DNA from: Haliotis cracherodii
Taxonomy: Eukaryota
NCBI RefSeq assembly: GCF_022045235.1
Contig: NW_027266272.1
Location: 25,544,001-25,608,000 of the forward strand
Direction of reading: 5' to 3'
DNA length: 64,000 bases
Under the pieces are notes generated by a model that was not told the origin of the DNA, ran no database searches, and saw only the letters and a list, made by a program, of their open reading frames with translations. Positions 49,448 to 61,500 of the stretch are shown piece by piece (the first letter of the stretch is position 1; the number at the start of each line of letters is the position of its first letter). Both the position numbers and the translations under genes were made by a program.

Positions 49448-50956
49448 ATGGTCCATCAAATCGTCGTCGCTCTGTGTGTGGTGATAGGCCTCGCCTCTCA
49501 ACAGGTATTCGCTCAGTGGTCGGGCATGGATCAGAGTCAGGGTCAAGGTCTTGGTCAAGGTCAGATGGGAGAATTAGGCACAAGTGCGTGGGGCACAAAC
49601 CAAGGTCAAGGTTTCCGCCAAGGACAAGATCAGTTAGGAGGATGGAACAGCGGTGCGTGGAACATGGGCCAGGGTCAAGGATTTGGTCAAGGTCTGGGTC
49701 AAGGCCAAAGTCAGTTTGGAGGATGGGGCGGTGCTTTGGGCATGGGACAAGGAGGAGGATGGGGACAAGCGTCACCTGCTGGTTTAGGAATGGGAGGCAT
49801 GGGACAAGGAGGAGGATGGGGACAAGCGTCACCTGCTGGTTTAGGAATGGGAGGCATGTTCCAACAGGAACCTAACCAGTATCAGACCTGCATCGCCAAG
49901 AACTCAAATGGGGACGAGATGAGAGTCACCTTCAGCAGCAGCAACAACAACCCGTGGTTTGGAAACCAATTTGGCAACGCCTTGCGTCTCACTGCTCGCA
50001 TCTCCTCCAACCAAGCTGCAACTCTCCAAGGTCAATTCCAGTTGGTCGTCACTGAATTCTCCCGCACTGAGGAGGTGTGTTCCAGCCGTGCTCTCGGCGA
50101 CATCCTGACCGACCGTACCTGGTGGAGCCAGTCCCGTACTCCCCGCGGCATCGTGGGCACCCCCGTCACCATCAACCAGGGACAGACCGCCACCTCCTCT
50201 GAGACCGTGGAGAACCTGGCCTTCGAGGAGCTGACCGGCCGTGGACTGGCTCTGTGTCCCTCTCACCAGATCTTTGGGTCTACCTGCAGGGACGTCATCC
50301 CTCTGTGCTGCAAGATCGGCTTCGACAGTCAGCCTGCCACCACACCATTCACCGCCCAGAACCAGCTCTTCGGCCAGGGACTTCTCGGCATGCAGAACCC
50401 AGGTAGCAACAACGGTTTGGGAGGCGGTTTCGGCCAGAGGATGCCCGGAGGGATGGGAGGTGTCTTTAATACCGACGTTGGAAGGACCGCAACAATCGAC
50501 GGTAACATGAACACTGCAGGTGGGCTAGGTTTGAACCAAGGACCTCAAGCAGGTATGAACCAGAGGCTCCCCTCCGGAATGAACGGCGGTATGAACCAGG
50601 GACTCCCCTCCGGAATGAACGGCGGTATGAACCAGGGACTCCCCTCCGGAATGAACGGCGGTATGAACCAGGGACTCCCATCCGGAATGAACGGCGGTAT
50701 GAACCAGGGACTCCCATCCGGAATGAACGGCGGTATGAACCAGGGACTCCCCACCGGAATGAACGGCGGTATGAACCAGGGACTCCCCTCCGGCATGAAC
50801 GGCGGTATGAACCAGGGACTCCCCTCCGGAATGAACGGCGGTATGAACCAGGGACTCCCCTCCGGAATGAACGGCGGTATGAACCAGGGACTCCCCTCCG
50901 GAATGAACGGCGGTATGAACCAGGGACCCCCCTCCGGGTTGAACGGCGGTTTCTAG
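49448..50956 (+). CDS. Paralogue 7, long divergent form (502 aa) with expanded N-arm and 11 x 12-aa C-terminal repeat
   Basis: ACCATGG start and signal peptide MVHQIVVALCVVIGLASQQVFA|Q. Same six-Cys domain. TATAA at 49387, AATAAA at 51040. Confidence 0.93.
   Translation: MVHQIVVALCVVIGLASQQVFAQWSGMDQSQGQGLGQGQMGELGTSAWGTNQGQGFRQGQDQLGGWNSGAWNMGQGQGFGQGLGQGQSQFGGWGGALGMGQGGGWGQASPAGLGMGGMGQGGGWGQASPAGLGMGGMFQQEPNQYQTCIAKNSNGDEMRVTFSSSNNNPWFGNQFGNALRLTARISSNQAATLQGQFQLVVTEFSRTEEVCSSRALGDILTDRTWWSQSRTPRGIVGTPVTINQGQTATSSETVENLAFEELTGRGLALCPSHQIFGSTCRDVIPLCCKIGFDSQPATTPFTAQNQLFGQGLLGMQNPGSNNGLGGGFGQRMPGGMGGVFNTDVGRTATIDGNMNTAGGLGLNQGPQAGMNQRLPSGMNGGMNQGLPSGMNGGMNQGLPSGMNGGMNQGLPSGMNGGMNQGLPSGMNGGMNQGLPTGMNGGMNQGLPSGMNGGMNQGLPSGMNGGMNQGLPSGMNGGMNQGLPSGMNGGMNQGPPSGLNGGF
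50552..50947 (+). repeat. Coding tandem repeat, 11 x 36 bp (GMNQGLPSGMNG)
   Basis: 396 bp = 11 x 36 bp. Unit ggtatgaaccagggactcccctccggaatgaacggc. Confidence 0.95.
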
Positions 50957-52787
50957 ATTCGGCAATCTAACGGTCATGTTAGACTTTTGATGAAAGTCTA
51001 CATATCAAATTGATAGCATTTAATCTATCGTTTTGTGGGAATAAAGCTAAATACTATCATTACATTGGTTTTGCTTTTTTCTTATTGTCAGAAATCTGTC
51101 AGCTGAGTAACGGCTAAGGGACGCAACTCTGCATACCGACTAGAGGCGCCTGGGGCGACTACATGTCAGTATATATATTTACTTGAGATGCATTGGTTAA
51201 GAGAAAGTGTTGATCACATTATCTGTAACTAGGCCTAAATAGAGTTTATCATATAAAGGTTCGTGTTCTCGATGTGAGAGTGAGTGAGTGAGTTGGGTTT
51301 AACGCCGCTTTACGGTATTCCAGTTATATCAGCGTGTCAGCTTAATGTGAGAGGAAAGCACGAAGTGATGCAGGCCTCATACGTTTACCACTTCGGTGAA
51401 ACCCACGAGCACGAGTATGGTGCTGACAAACCTAGAAACATAATCGGAGTCAACCGGGATTCGAACCCATAATCATAGGTTTCTGGCGTGCCCAAGGGAC
51501 GCAACTCTGCACAACGAATTGCGGCGCCTTAGACGACTTGGCTCCCCGTACGGCGCCTATCGATGTGAGAAACCAATCAAACTTGGTATCACGATCACGA
51601 ACACATAAATATGAAAATGAGGTCACCTTGTCGGAACTACATTTTTAGTAAGCACTGTACATAGATGCAGGGTTTACTTGCTAAAAGCCTATTATCATAA
51701 TTTGGGCGGTTCACTCAGTTTGGTTTTAGCAATATTCCAGCAATATCACCTGAAATGGGCTTCACACATTGTACCCATGTCGGGAATCGAACCCGGGTCT
51801 TCGGCGTGACGATCGAACGCTTTTACCACTAGGCTACCGTTCGCTTAGGCTTTATATAACGTTGCTATAGTAAATAGCAATATGTCTTAAACTTTGATTT
51901 TTTTAAGAATAGCATGATATGATAAAGTGAGTATTTCCCTCGTATGCTTCCGTATCGTAAATATATGTAATATATTACCAATAAACAATATTTATTACCC
52001 TCGCCAAAGACTCGCATAATACAATATTTTTATTCCGACCATATAATATTTACTATACAAAACCACTCGACTAATAATATATATCATGTGTAAATAACAA
52101 CAAATATTTGCGCAGTCTTTGAGACTGTTTCATTGGCATGGGAACGGTACTTCCGAGACTACCCCATAAACGTCTTCTAGCCAGTTAACTCCCTTGCCTC
52201 GGGGATCTGATAGCCCAACAACTGCCATACTTCGAACAAGAGTTGTCAACACATGACGCACCTTTTAACGGTGATCAATTATCAATAACCATATCACTGA
52301 TAATAAATAATAACCACAGCTAGCCGGGTCTTATTAATTGACTGTCCGTAATATACGCTGAAATCGGCCCGCATCACTTAGAAGCACTGGAGGGCAATAC
52401 CGCCTGCCTTGGGCCAATATGACTGATCTTGGACCTACAACAAGGCCACTATTTGAACACCGATATTATAACAGAATAGTATTTGCACTACAATGACATG
52501 AATCACAATGCATCATCCATACATGGGTTGTTGTTTTTTGGTTTTTTGTTGTTGTTTAACGCCGCATTCAACAATATTCCAGCTATATGACGGCGGTTGG
52601 TAAATAATCGAGTCTGGACCAGACAATCCAGTGATTGACACCATGCCCATCGATCCACACAATTGGGATACGATGACATGCATGAACTAGGTCAACGAGC
52701 CTGTCCTCCCGGTCCCGTTAGTCGCCTCTTACGGCAAGCATGAGCTGAATGAAGTGTTATCCTAACCGTGATCAAACTGTCAACATA

Positions 52788-54246
52788 TACTAAACAACAA
52801 AAGTTCCTGTGACATTGAATAAGATTTAATGCAAAGTTATGTTTTTTACCAAATCTGAAACAATTTCGGTGTGCAACAGATAAAAAACTCCTGTAAGTGT
52901 TCACATGGTTTAATTTGCCATACTGACTTCAGAAAATGCGTGATTTCATAAAAAAACATGAACATGCCAAAATGTCAATTTACAAATCAATAGCGTGTGT
53001 GTCCACCTCTGGTTGCGATGCAAGCAAGTCATCTTCGCCTCATGGAATGGACCAGGTGTCGCACAAAGTCCTGTGGGGTATCTGTCCATATCTGCTGGAG
53101 CATGTTTCGAAGTTCCTGGAGTGTCTGTAGAACACGTGGTTGACGTCGAAGGCGCCGATCCATCTCATCCCACATGTGCCCGATTGGTGAGAGATCAGGG
53201 GAGCGAGCCGGCCAGGGCTGACATTCACGTTGTTTTGTTGAAGAGAATCCTGAACAAGTCGAGCAATATGAGGCCGGGCGTTGTCATGTTGAAAGGTAAT
53301 GCCTGGGCCCTGACGGCGCAAAAACGGTAGAACAACAGGGCCAATGATCTCGTCGCGGTAGCGCTGTCCATTGAGATTTCCCTCTACCACTATCAAACGG
53401 GTCCCCTGTCTTGCTATAATCCCATTACATACCATAACGCTGCCGCCCCAGAACCGATCTTCTTCCATGACACGATGATTGACGTAACGTTCACCTCGAC
53501 GTCGGTACACTCGAATCCGTTCATCGTTGTGGTTGAGGTGAAAACGAGACGCTGTCTGCACTACTGTAGACGTGTTTGACGGTGGTTTCCTGTCAAAATG
53601 GGATGTCTGGCGGGTCTTCTGGCGACAATCCCTGCACATCTGAGGCGACGGCGTACGGTTTGTGAAGATATTCGTCGAAGGCCAGGGATGCTTCTGCAGT
53701 CACTGTTGCTGGCTGGAATCGATTTCGTAGGTGAATTGTTCGAATCCAGTTGTCTTGTCGATTATTGGTAACGCTTGGCCTGCCACTCCGAGGATGGTCT
53801 CTGACTGCATTCGCCTGTTGCCAACGTTGCCATAAACACCAAATGGTGTTTCTGTGGACGTTAAATTTTCTTGCAACATCACGTTGACTCGATCCTGCTT
53901 CAAGCATACCAATGGCTCGCAGACGCTAATTTTTGGACAGGCGTGGCATTTCGTAATGTTGAATAATTGCGAAATTTGGTTGTTTTTCTGAGTGGTTGTC
54001 AGCACGATGCTGAACAATGCATATGGAATCCCGTTAACGCACATGTTTTTATACCCATTCTTGGGTAGTGAAATACATGGGGCTTGCATAAAAGTCGACT
54101 TGGAATGCATGGAATGCATGCTTTTCTAAGGCAGTTGCGTTTTTGTGACTTGTTCCATACATGTACTACAATATTGAAAACCAAACTTTACTTGTTTGAA
54201 AAATACACTAAAGTATTGGTGTCACAGGAACTTTTGTTGTTGAGTA
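52788..54246 (-). mobile_element. Second, different Tc1-family transposon; transposase pseudogene ~53949-52987
   Basis: TIRs tact(a/c)aacaacaaaagttcctgtgaca flanked by TA. Motifs RSGRPSVT, GGSVMV, FQHDNARPH, GGHTRY. Frameshifted. Confidence 0.9.
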
Positions 54247-56453
54247 TACATTTAACCACATGCTAGCGTGTAGATGTTATATTTTGATTTCAAAGAACTT
54301 GTAACTTAAATGCAAAATTCGCCAATATTCATGCATGATATAGTTCCGACACATGACTGTTGTTTAGAGCACATACTATTTCATTGTCTTTTCACTCAAC
54401 TTGTCCGTTTCAGACAGATATCCGGTATCACCTACGGAATTAAGCAAATATAGTTTACTGTTAAGCCTACATTCTGCATCTTTACCTCTTTAGATCATCT
54501 TATATTTCTGATGCTGTCTGACTAGTTATGTAAAGCTTTGGCTGCTACATCGTGTTGTATAAAGTACTGTATAATCACCTAATGATATGGTCAGAATTAA
54601 TTCGTGTTGCGATGTGATGTGTCTGCAATAAACAAGCGAATAGTTACGCTCCGAATTTTGCGTGATCCGACATGTGGCCGTGTGAAATATCTCTAACTGC
54701 TGTATGTGGAATTGGGTTTTCGTTTGATTTGGTTTGTTGTTTAACGCCGCACTCAGCAATATTCCAGCTATATGACGGTGGTCTGTAAAATAATCGAATC
54801 TGGACCAGACAATCCAGTGATTGATATCATGAGCAACGATCAAAGTAATTGGGATCGATGACATGCATCAACCAAGTCAGCGAACTTGACCACCCGATCC
54901 CGTTAGTCGCCTCTTACGACAAGCGTAGTCGCCTTTTACGGCAAGCATGGGTTGCTGAAGACCTATTCTACCCCGGCTCTTCACGGGTCGTATGTGTAAT
55001 TGGTGTACAGTGCTATAGGAATGAGATTCCACTGACCGTATTTGTATTAAGTATTTTTTAAATGTATTTTTTTTTAATGTACATGTATTTTTAACTTTTT
55101 ATTTAATAAATATTGTGCATATATGATCACTAGTGTATCGTTATTGACCGGATATAGCAATATACTGTTTTGTGTTCTATCATTGTATCAATCTCAGTGA
55201 AAATCAGATCCCAATTCTCGCGAGAACAAAGATCTGGTTTAAATGAGATTGTCACTGTATGCAATTTATGACAATAAAAGTAATCTTCTTCTCCTTCTTT
55301 CACTCAAAGTCGTCATGGGTAAGGGACGGTGGGGTAGCCTAGCGGTTAAAGCGTTCGCTCGTCACGCCGAAGTCCGACTTTGATTCCTCACATGGGTACA
55401 ATGTGTGAAGCCCATTTCTGGTGTCCCCCGCCGTGATACTGCTGGAATATTGCTAAAGCGGTGTAAAACCACACTCACTCACTTCACGGATCAGTGACTT
55501 ATAGAGAAAATATAGTCTTTACGCCCTGAATAGTAACAGTCAAAGAGCCAGACATCACACCTTGTCTACGTGAGTTATTCAATCTTACCTCGCTTTATCT
55601 ACAGGCCATGGCTTAAGGCGATAGTGGGAGACTCCCTTTAATCTAATAGTGTCCGGTCGTCTCCGCCAAGTAATCTCCTCAAATGTCCCTCAGGCCAAAT
55701 CAAAGTAATTAATTTCAATTAATTATGTGTAACTAAACCTGTCATTTTTACGACATGCCTTTCATCCCTGATACCATTATTGATAAAAGTAAGATCGATG
55801 GATTCATTTGACAAATCTGTATTATAAGCAACGTTTGTCCGGCTAAATAATTATGTGTGTTTTTTCTTATGAAAGGAAATACATATTGCAAACAAAATGT
55901 CCCCATATCAATACAAATATAGAAATTAGTATGTCATCTCGTGCACCCCAAAATTGTATTTATTGTGTGTTAAATAAAGCGTGCAGGCGAGTGATGGATT
56001 TGCGTCGCTTTAGCAATAATCTTGCAACATGACGGCGGGAACACGAACAATGGTTTTCCCACGTTGTACCCTTGTGGGGACTCGAACCCGGTTTTATATA
56101 TTTATATAGCGCCTCCAACTATTAGCTGTTCAGTGGGCGTGGAAGGATCTACAGTTAAAAAGAAATAGTCGAGTTTATAGCAATGTTGAGCATTGTTAAT
56201 TATTCTGAAAATCACAATTATTATTATAATCTACAATCCATATATCTTCAAAAGTTAACACTAAAATAACAAATTGTGCCCATGCATGCTCCTGTTGTTT
56301 TGTAGAGGACCTTAGAATGCTGGCTCTGGAATTAATTGCTAATTTCTGCTATCATTGATCGTCCGATACGTATGGAATCCTAAAACGGACATCGTCACGT
56401 TGTCGCATTTCGCCCTGACAAAAATACAAGCAAAGCGCGACAATGCGACAACG

Positions 56454-56760
56454 TACCCGTGAAGATCCGGGTTAGAATAGGTCTTCAGCAACCCAACCTT
56501 GCCGTAAAAGGCGACTATGCTTGTCGTAAAAGGCGACTATGCTTGTCGTAAAAGGCGACTATGCTTGTCGTAAAAGGCGACTAACGGGATCGGGAAGTCA
56601 GGCTTGCTGTCTTTGTTGATGCATGTCATCGTATCCTAATTTTGTGGATAGATGCTCGTGATGTTAATCACCGGATAGTCTGGTCCAGACTCGATTATTT
56701 ACAGACCGCCGTCATATAGCTGGAATATTGCTGAGTACGGCGTTAAACAACAAACAAACA
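56454..56760 (+). mobile_element. Retroposon lacking a tRNA head, with structured 5' end and (AAAC)n tail (representative copy)
   Basis: TSD acaatgcgacaacg. Other copies: 339-777, 8213-8453(-, TSD acatgtcatattg), 21087-21360, 22695-22887, 26255-26458(-), 38448-38714, 41849-41995, 52540-52770(-), 54720-54989(-), plus 3' fragments. Confidence 0.88.
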
Positions 56761-58319
56761 ATGCGACAACGCGACAATGTCCTTTCCAGGATTCCATAGA
56801 TACGTCGTACCATATATAGGACGATGTGAACCTCAGACATATACAAAATATACAAGATGGTTGCTTCAGACCATATAGGGGCAGTCAGGCAGTCAGACCA
56901 TATACATGTAGTACAGCTGAATCATTGAGTTTAATTAACTAAACCATAAAAAAGCTAAACCATATTTTGTTGAGGAATGTGCTGGTAGATAAATGTGTTG
57001 TTTAACACTTCTGTCAATATTTGAGTGAGGGAGCATTGTCTTACGCCGGGGGGTACTAGAAATGGACTTCACACATTGTATGTGGGGAATCGAACCCGGG
57101 CCATCTGCATGGCGAGCGAACGCTTTAACCACAAGGCTACCGCACCCGTCATTATTTGAAGTTGTTTAAGAATCAAATCATGTAAATAGCACATGATGCA
57201 CAAAATATATGGCAAGTTTCTCAAGTTTCTCATTTAGAAAATGAAAAAATATAAAAAATAAGTTACAGATAAAAGAGACAGCAAAAATACACACATTGCC
57301 ATAAAAACAAACCATGAAGTATTATTGCAATAAATAAAACATATTTTGGTCAAGAATAATATACCTTCGCAGGGAAATAGAATGAGTATGCAAATAATTA
57401 GGATTAATGTAGTTCTAAAATCAAAGAAGGGCCGAACTGTGTGTTCATTTAATACAACAAAGATCTCATGCAAGGATCAAATGCTATATGTACAACATAG
57501 TTATAAGGCCTTATATTGATTTATTTGCTTCCATTCATTGTTTGTGTGTGAACGAGCGATACGCCCTATGTATCGTCGAGTGAATGAATGTATGCCAAAT
57601 CGTGCCGGTATTGCGGGCTACTGATCTAACAACGTCAACTAAGAAATGTCCCATCTTACCCCTTACGTTCTTTAAGATCATAACATCTTGATTGTTGCTG
57701 AAAAGTAGCTGGGTTGTAGTAATTCAGCCATGTCATAACACTTTGTAACAAGGGGATGTTTAGTGTTATGAATTTCTTCCTGAAGTCGATGAACATAACA
57801 GTATACCAGTCGGTGAAATAAGTTCAATTTTGTGGCTTTTCAACTTGAAAAATGGGCCTACCTTTAGAATACAGTACCACAAACTTTTTAAACACGTGAT
57901 CATACCCTATGACGTAATTTGTAGTATTTTGTTGCCAATCACACCGGCGAAACAATGCCCTGTGACGTCAGGGGTCATTGGGTGTGCATAAGCTCCTCCC
58001 AGTGATTTATCATCTCTACATGAAATGCCATTGAATACGCCAAGCAGTGTGGAGAGTTTTGAATATTTGATTACTAAATATAGCCTGCGGCGGCGCATTT
58101 TATAGCAAGCGCTAGTTTACGAAAGCACTTTTATTTTTTATATATTTTATATTTCGTTTTTCTCGTAATTGAAGTGGCTAAAATGGTTATAATTGGGAAC
58201 TAACATACATATCTATTTTTTTCGGTTCATTAATTTTCATTATTATGCACAAGAACGCAGTTTATTAGGGATATTATATTGGCGCTGAACACATCCAAAT
58301 ATCGCTAGTGTTAGGGTAG

Positions 58320-58516
58320 GTTACCCCGAACTCTATCCTTAGCCCTTGGATCCCCTTTACCATCAATCACCCCTTTACGATCATTAGGGTTAGGTACCCG
58401 TTTAGTGGCTATATTAAATTACCCGAACTCTGTCCTTAGCCCTTGGATCCCCTTTACGGTCAATCATCCCTTTACAATCATAAGGGTTAGGTAAATCTAC
58501 CCGTTTAGTGGCTATT
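58320..58516. repeat. Two tandem ~98-bp units
   Basis: ttaccc(c)gaactct(a/g)tccttagcccttggatcccctttac...cccgtttagtggcta occurs twice. Confidence 0.75.
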
Positions 58517-58523
58517 ATAGATT

Positions 58524-61500
58524 CTATTGACCTTTTTCACACTTCGCTACTTCCGGTTTGAAAGCGAGGCTTGGAGAGCAGAAGGTGAAGGCTGGATAGC
58601 ACATGAAACACATGGAGATGTCAACAAGGCACGGAATCGGGACAAACTGTGACAATTTAACCATCCCGGTACATTTATCGTAAGTATTGAACATTATTCT
58701 TATTGACAAACTATTCTACTGTTATCTGGTCTCCTTACTGATATAAATTTGAATCTGGCCGTTCTGTTGTGATTTCAATTTAAAATATCCATGACCACCT
58801 GGTAACTCCCAGTGCAGTTTATGGTAGCTGAACAGACTTAATACAAATGCTACTGAAATCTTGTAAAGAATAATTCATTGTTTACACACCATTAAGCCAA
58901 ACTATCTATTGTGAGTTTAAATAACTTTGAGGGTTGTACTTGAAGTCGAAATATTGACCTTTTGACCAGATATATGTCAGAAACTAACTAAATTGATATG
59001 TTGATATAATGTATCAAATTGTAACCTACTGAGAATTTACAATCGTAACAAATCAAAAGTTTGCATCAGTTGCGTATTTGATGTAAATTGTAATGGACTC
59101 AAATGCATTCCAATAAAATATTAGACCTCTCGATCTACTTGTGCTGTTGTGATTGTGAACAGTTGTTATTTTGATTGTCAATGTTGACAGATTAGATAGC
59201 ATGAGGTGTAATATTTCAACTGAATTATTTACTTTACTGTACCAATTTAATCATGTCATGAAATGAACACAGAGCTCCAGATAAGCTTTTGGTGTTGTGG
59301 GTATTTTACCCATGCATTTTAAAATCATTGGGTATCAGTAATTCTATCTGCGTATTCAAATTTCTGTTACCCACTAGTTTTTACACATGTGGGTATTTAA
59401 GTTAAATATTTTCAATCACTATTCATCTAGTCCCTGCACACTGGTGTCGTGTGGTTTCGAGAGCTTTAAAGGACTCAAAAATACCACGATACTTCCACAA
59501 GAAAGTGTGATGGCGAATGATCATGATGTAACTGTCATCGTGGAGTTTGGCAAGGTTGACGGAATGCCAATTTATAATTTAAAAATAAGTTGCTGATTTG
59601 CTAATCGAATACGCAGGGTTACTTCACAATATTTTGATGATACGCACAAGTTTTATTTTTGTAGCGTATCTGTAATGTTCCTTGCGTATTTGATACGCTT
59701 GGATTATATTTTACTGCGTATTTCTGAATTTCTGATGTGTATTTCACGCAGATACGCAGCTTATCTGGATCTCTGGAACAAAACCCCAACTAATTAATGT
59801 CCAGTAAATGTTCAATCTACATTTGATCTTTATATAATTTACAGAAACAGATAACTCTTTAACAGTTTGTATTCAAATATTTCAAATGTTTAAATTGATA
59901 TTGACATTACTAAAAACTTAAATTATAAACAGAATTATTTTTAATTCCCATGCGTATTGCAATCATAACTCATTAATTCTCTTTGTTTAATTGTGAAACC
60001 CATCAGGTTTTATGTCCACAAACATGTTTTGAAACTTTTAAAACAAAAAGATTTCTTTTGTGCAAGCAATTGCCATGTATTATTGATTATTAATCATATC
60101 AATTTATATATAAGAATATAGTTGTGCTTACTGTGTCATTTTGCAATAATTATATTGTTATGATGTAATATTTTACTATTGTTAACAATCTTTAGAACTT
60201 TAGTTTATTTCAATCAAATCAAGTGGTGTGATCATATTGATATTTTTTTATAATTCAATCAAAACGCGAAAAATAAAAAAATATAAATACATAGAAGAAA
60301 TTTGTTTTCCTTGTCAAATAACGATGATAGCATGAAATTATGTCATGCTCCTTATATGCATGCTCCTTGTGAAAATTCATTCCATTTCTTCTTCGAATAT
60401 ACCTTATATGATGATTTTAGGAAGACATTACTGACAGGCTGTGACAGCTATCGATAATCTTGGAGGACAAAAAACTCTACATAGTATTCTTTTTGGTGAT
60501 CCAAACTTAGATGTTTTCCTGAATACAAAAATATTCTTGTCTGTACACAAATTTATAGAAACGACTAACAGATTCAGTAGCTAGCATATTATTGTTTCCA
60601 AACTGTTATCATTAATATTGTTAAATCTATATTCAACACTAAAATGTATAATATTAGGATATGTATGAGATACATATGAGCACTGTATATATATATTGCG
60701 CACTATGTTTCCACAATGGGAAGCTTCAAAGGTAAATTGTTCATTTTCATTATGCAATATTATGTATAACTGTATATAGGGAGAAGGCGGTAATAAGTGC
60801 TGCCCTTTGTCTTTTTGGACAATAAAATATGTTTAATAATATTTCGTCTTGTGATCTGACAAAGTTAATATTTTCAAGTCAAGATATCAACTTTAGTAAA
60901 CCACATGAAGGGATAAACATTGCATTTGACAAAATAAATTCAAGTCTTATATTTTCTTTGTGATCTTCATGACCTTACTCAGAAAACCATAGTGTTAATC
61001 AGGCAGACTGACTGCAGGTGTGACAAAACGTGATATTTCACCTATTCCAGCGATAGTATGTTTTCAACATGGTTAGACTAAACAAAGTATTTCATGATTA
61101 AATACATACTGGTAATGCAAATATCAAAACGTGTTCCATTAAAACAAGAGTGAATTTCTGTGTGACATTGATATAAAGAGCTTTAGTACACTGTCATTAA
61201 ATTGATGCATCTGTTGAGTTTACTGTTTACAAAGAATATACTGTTTGAGTTTTCGACATATCAGATGAATTGATGCCTTCAAAATTGTTCTTAAGTAGCA
61301 TGTAATGTTACACACTGTGATTACATTTCCTTAAACTTCTCTATTTCAGAAGAATGTTGTTTTCTAAATAAGCAATATTTTGAGAGAAGGTGAATATGCA
61401 TTGTTTATAAAAAATGTTATTGAAGTAGGAATATTATTACAATATTATTGAATAATTCATTTCAGGCCAGTGAGTCAACACAATGAAGTACTAGTATCCG

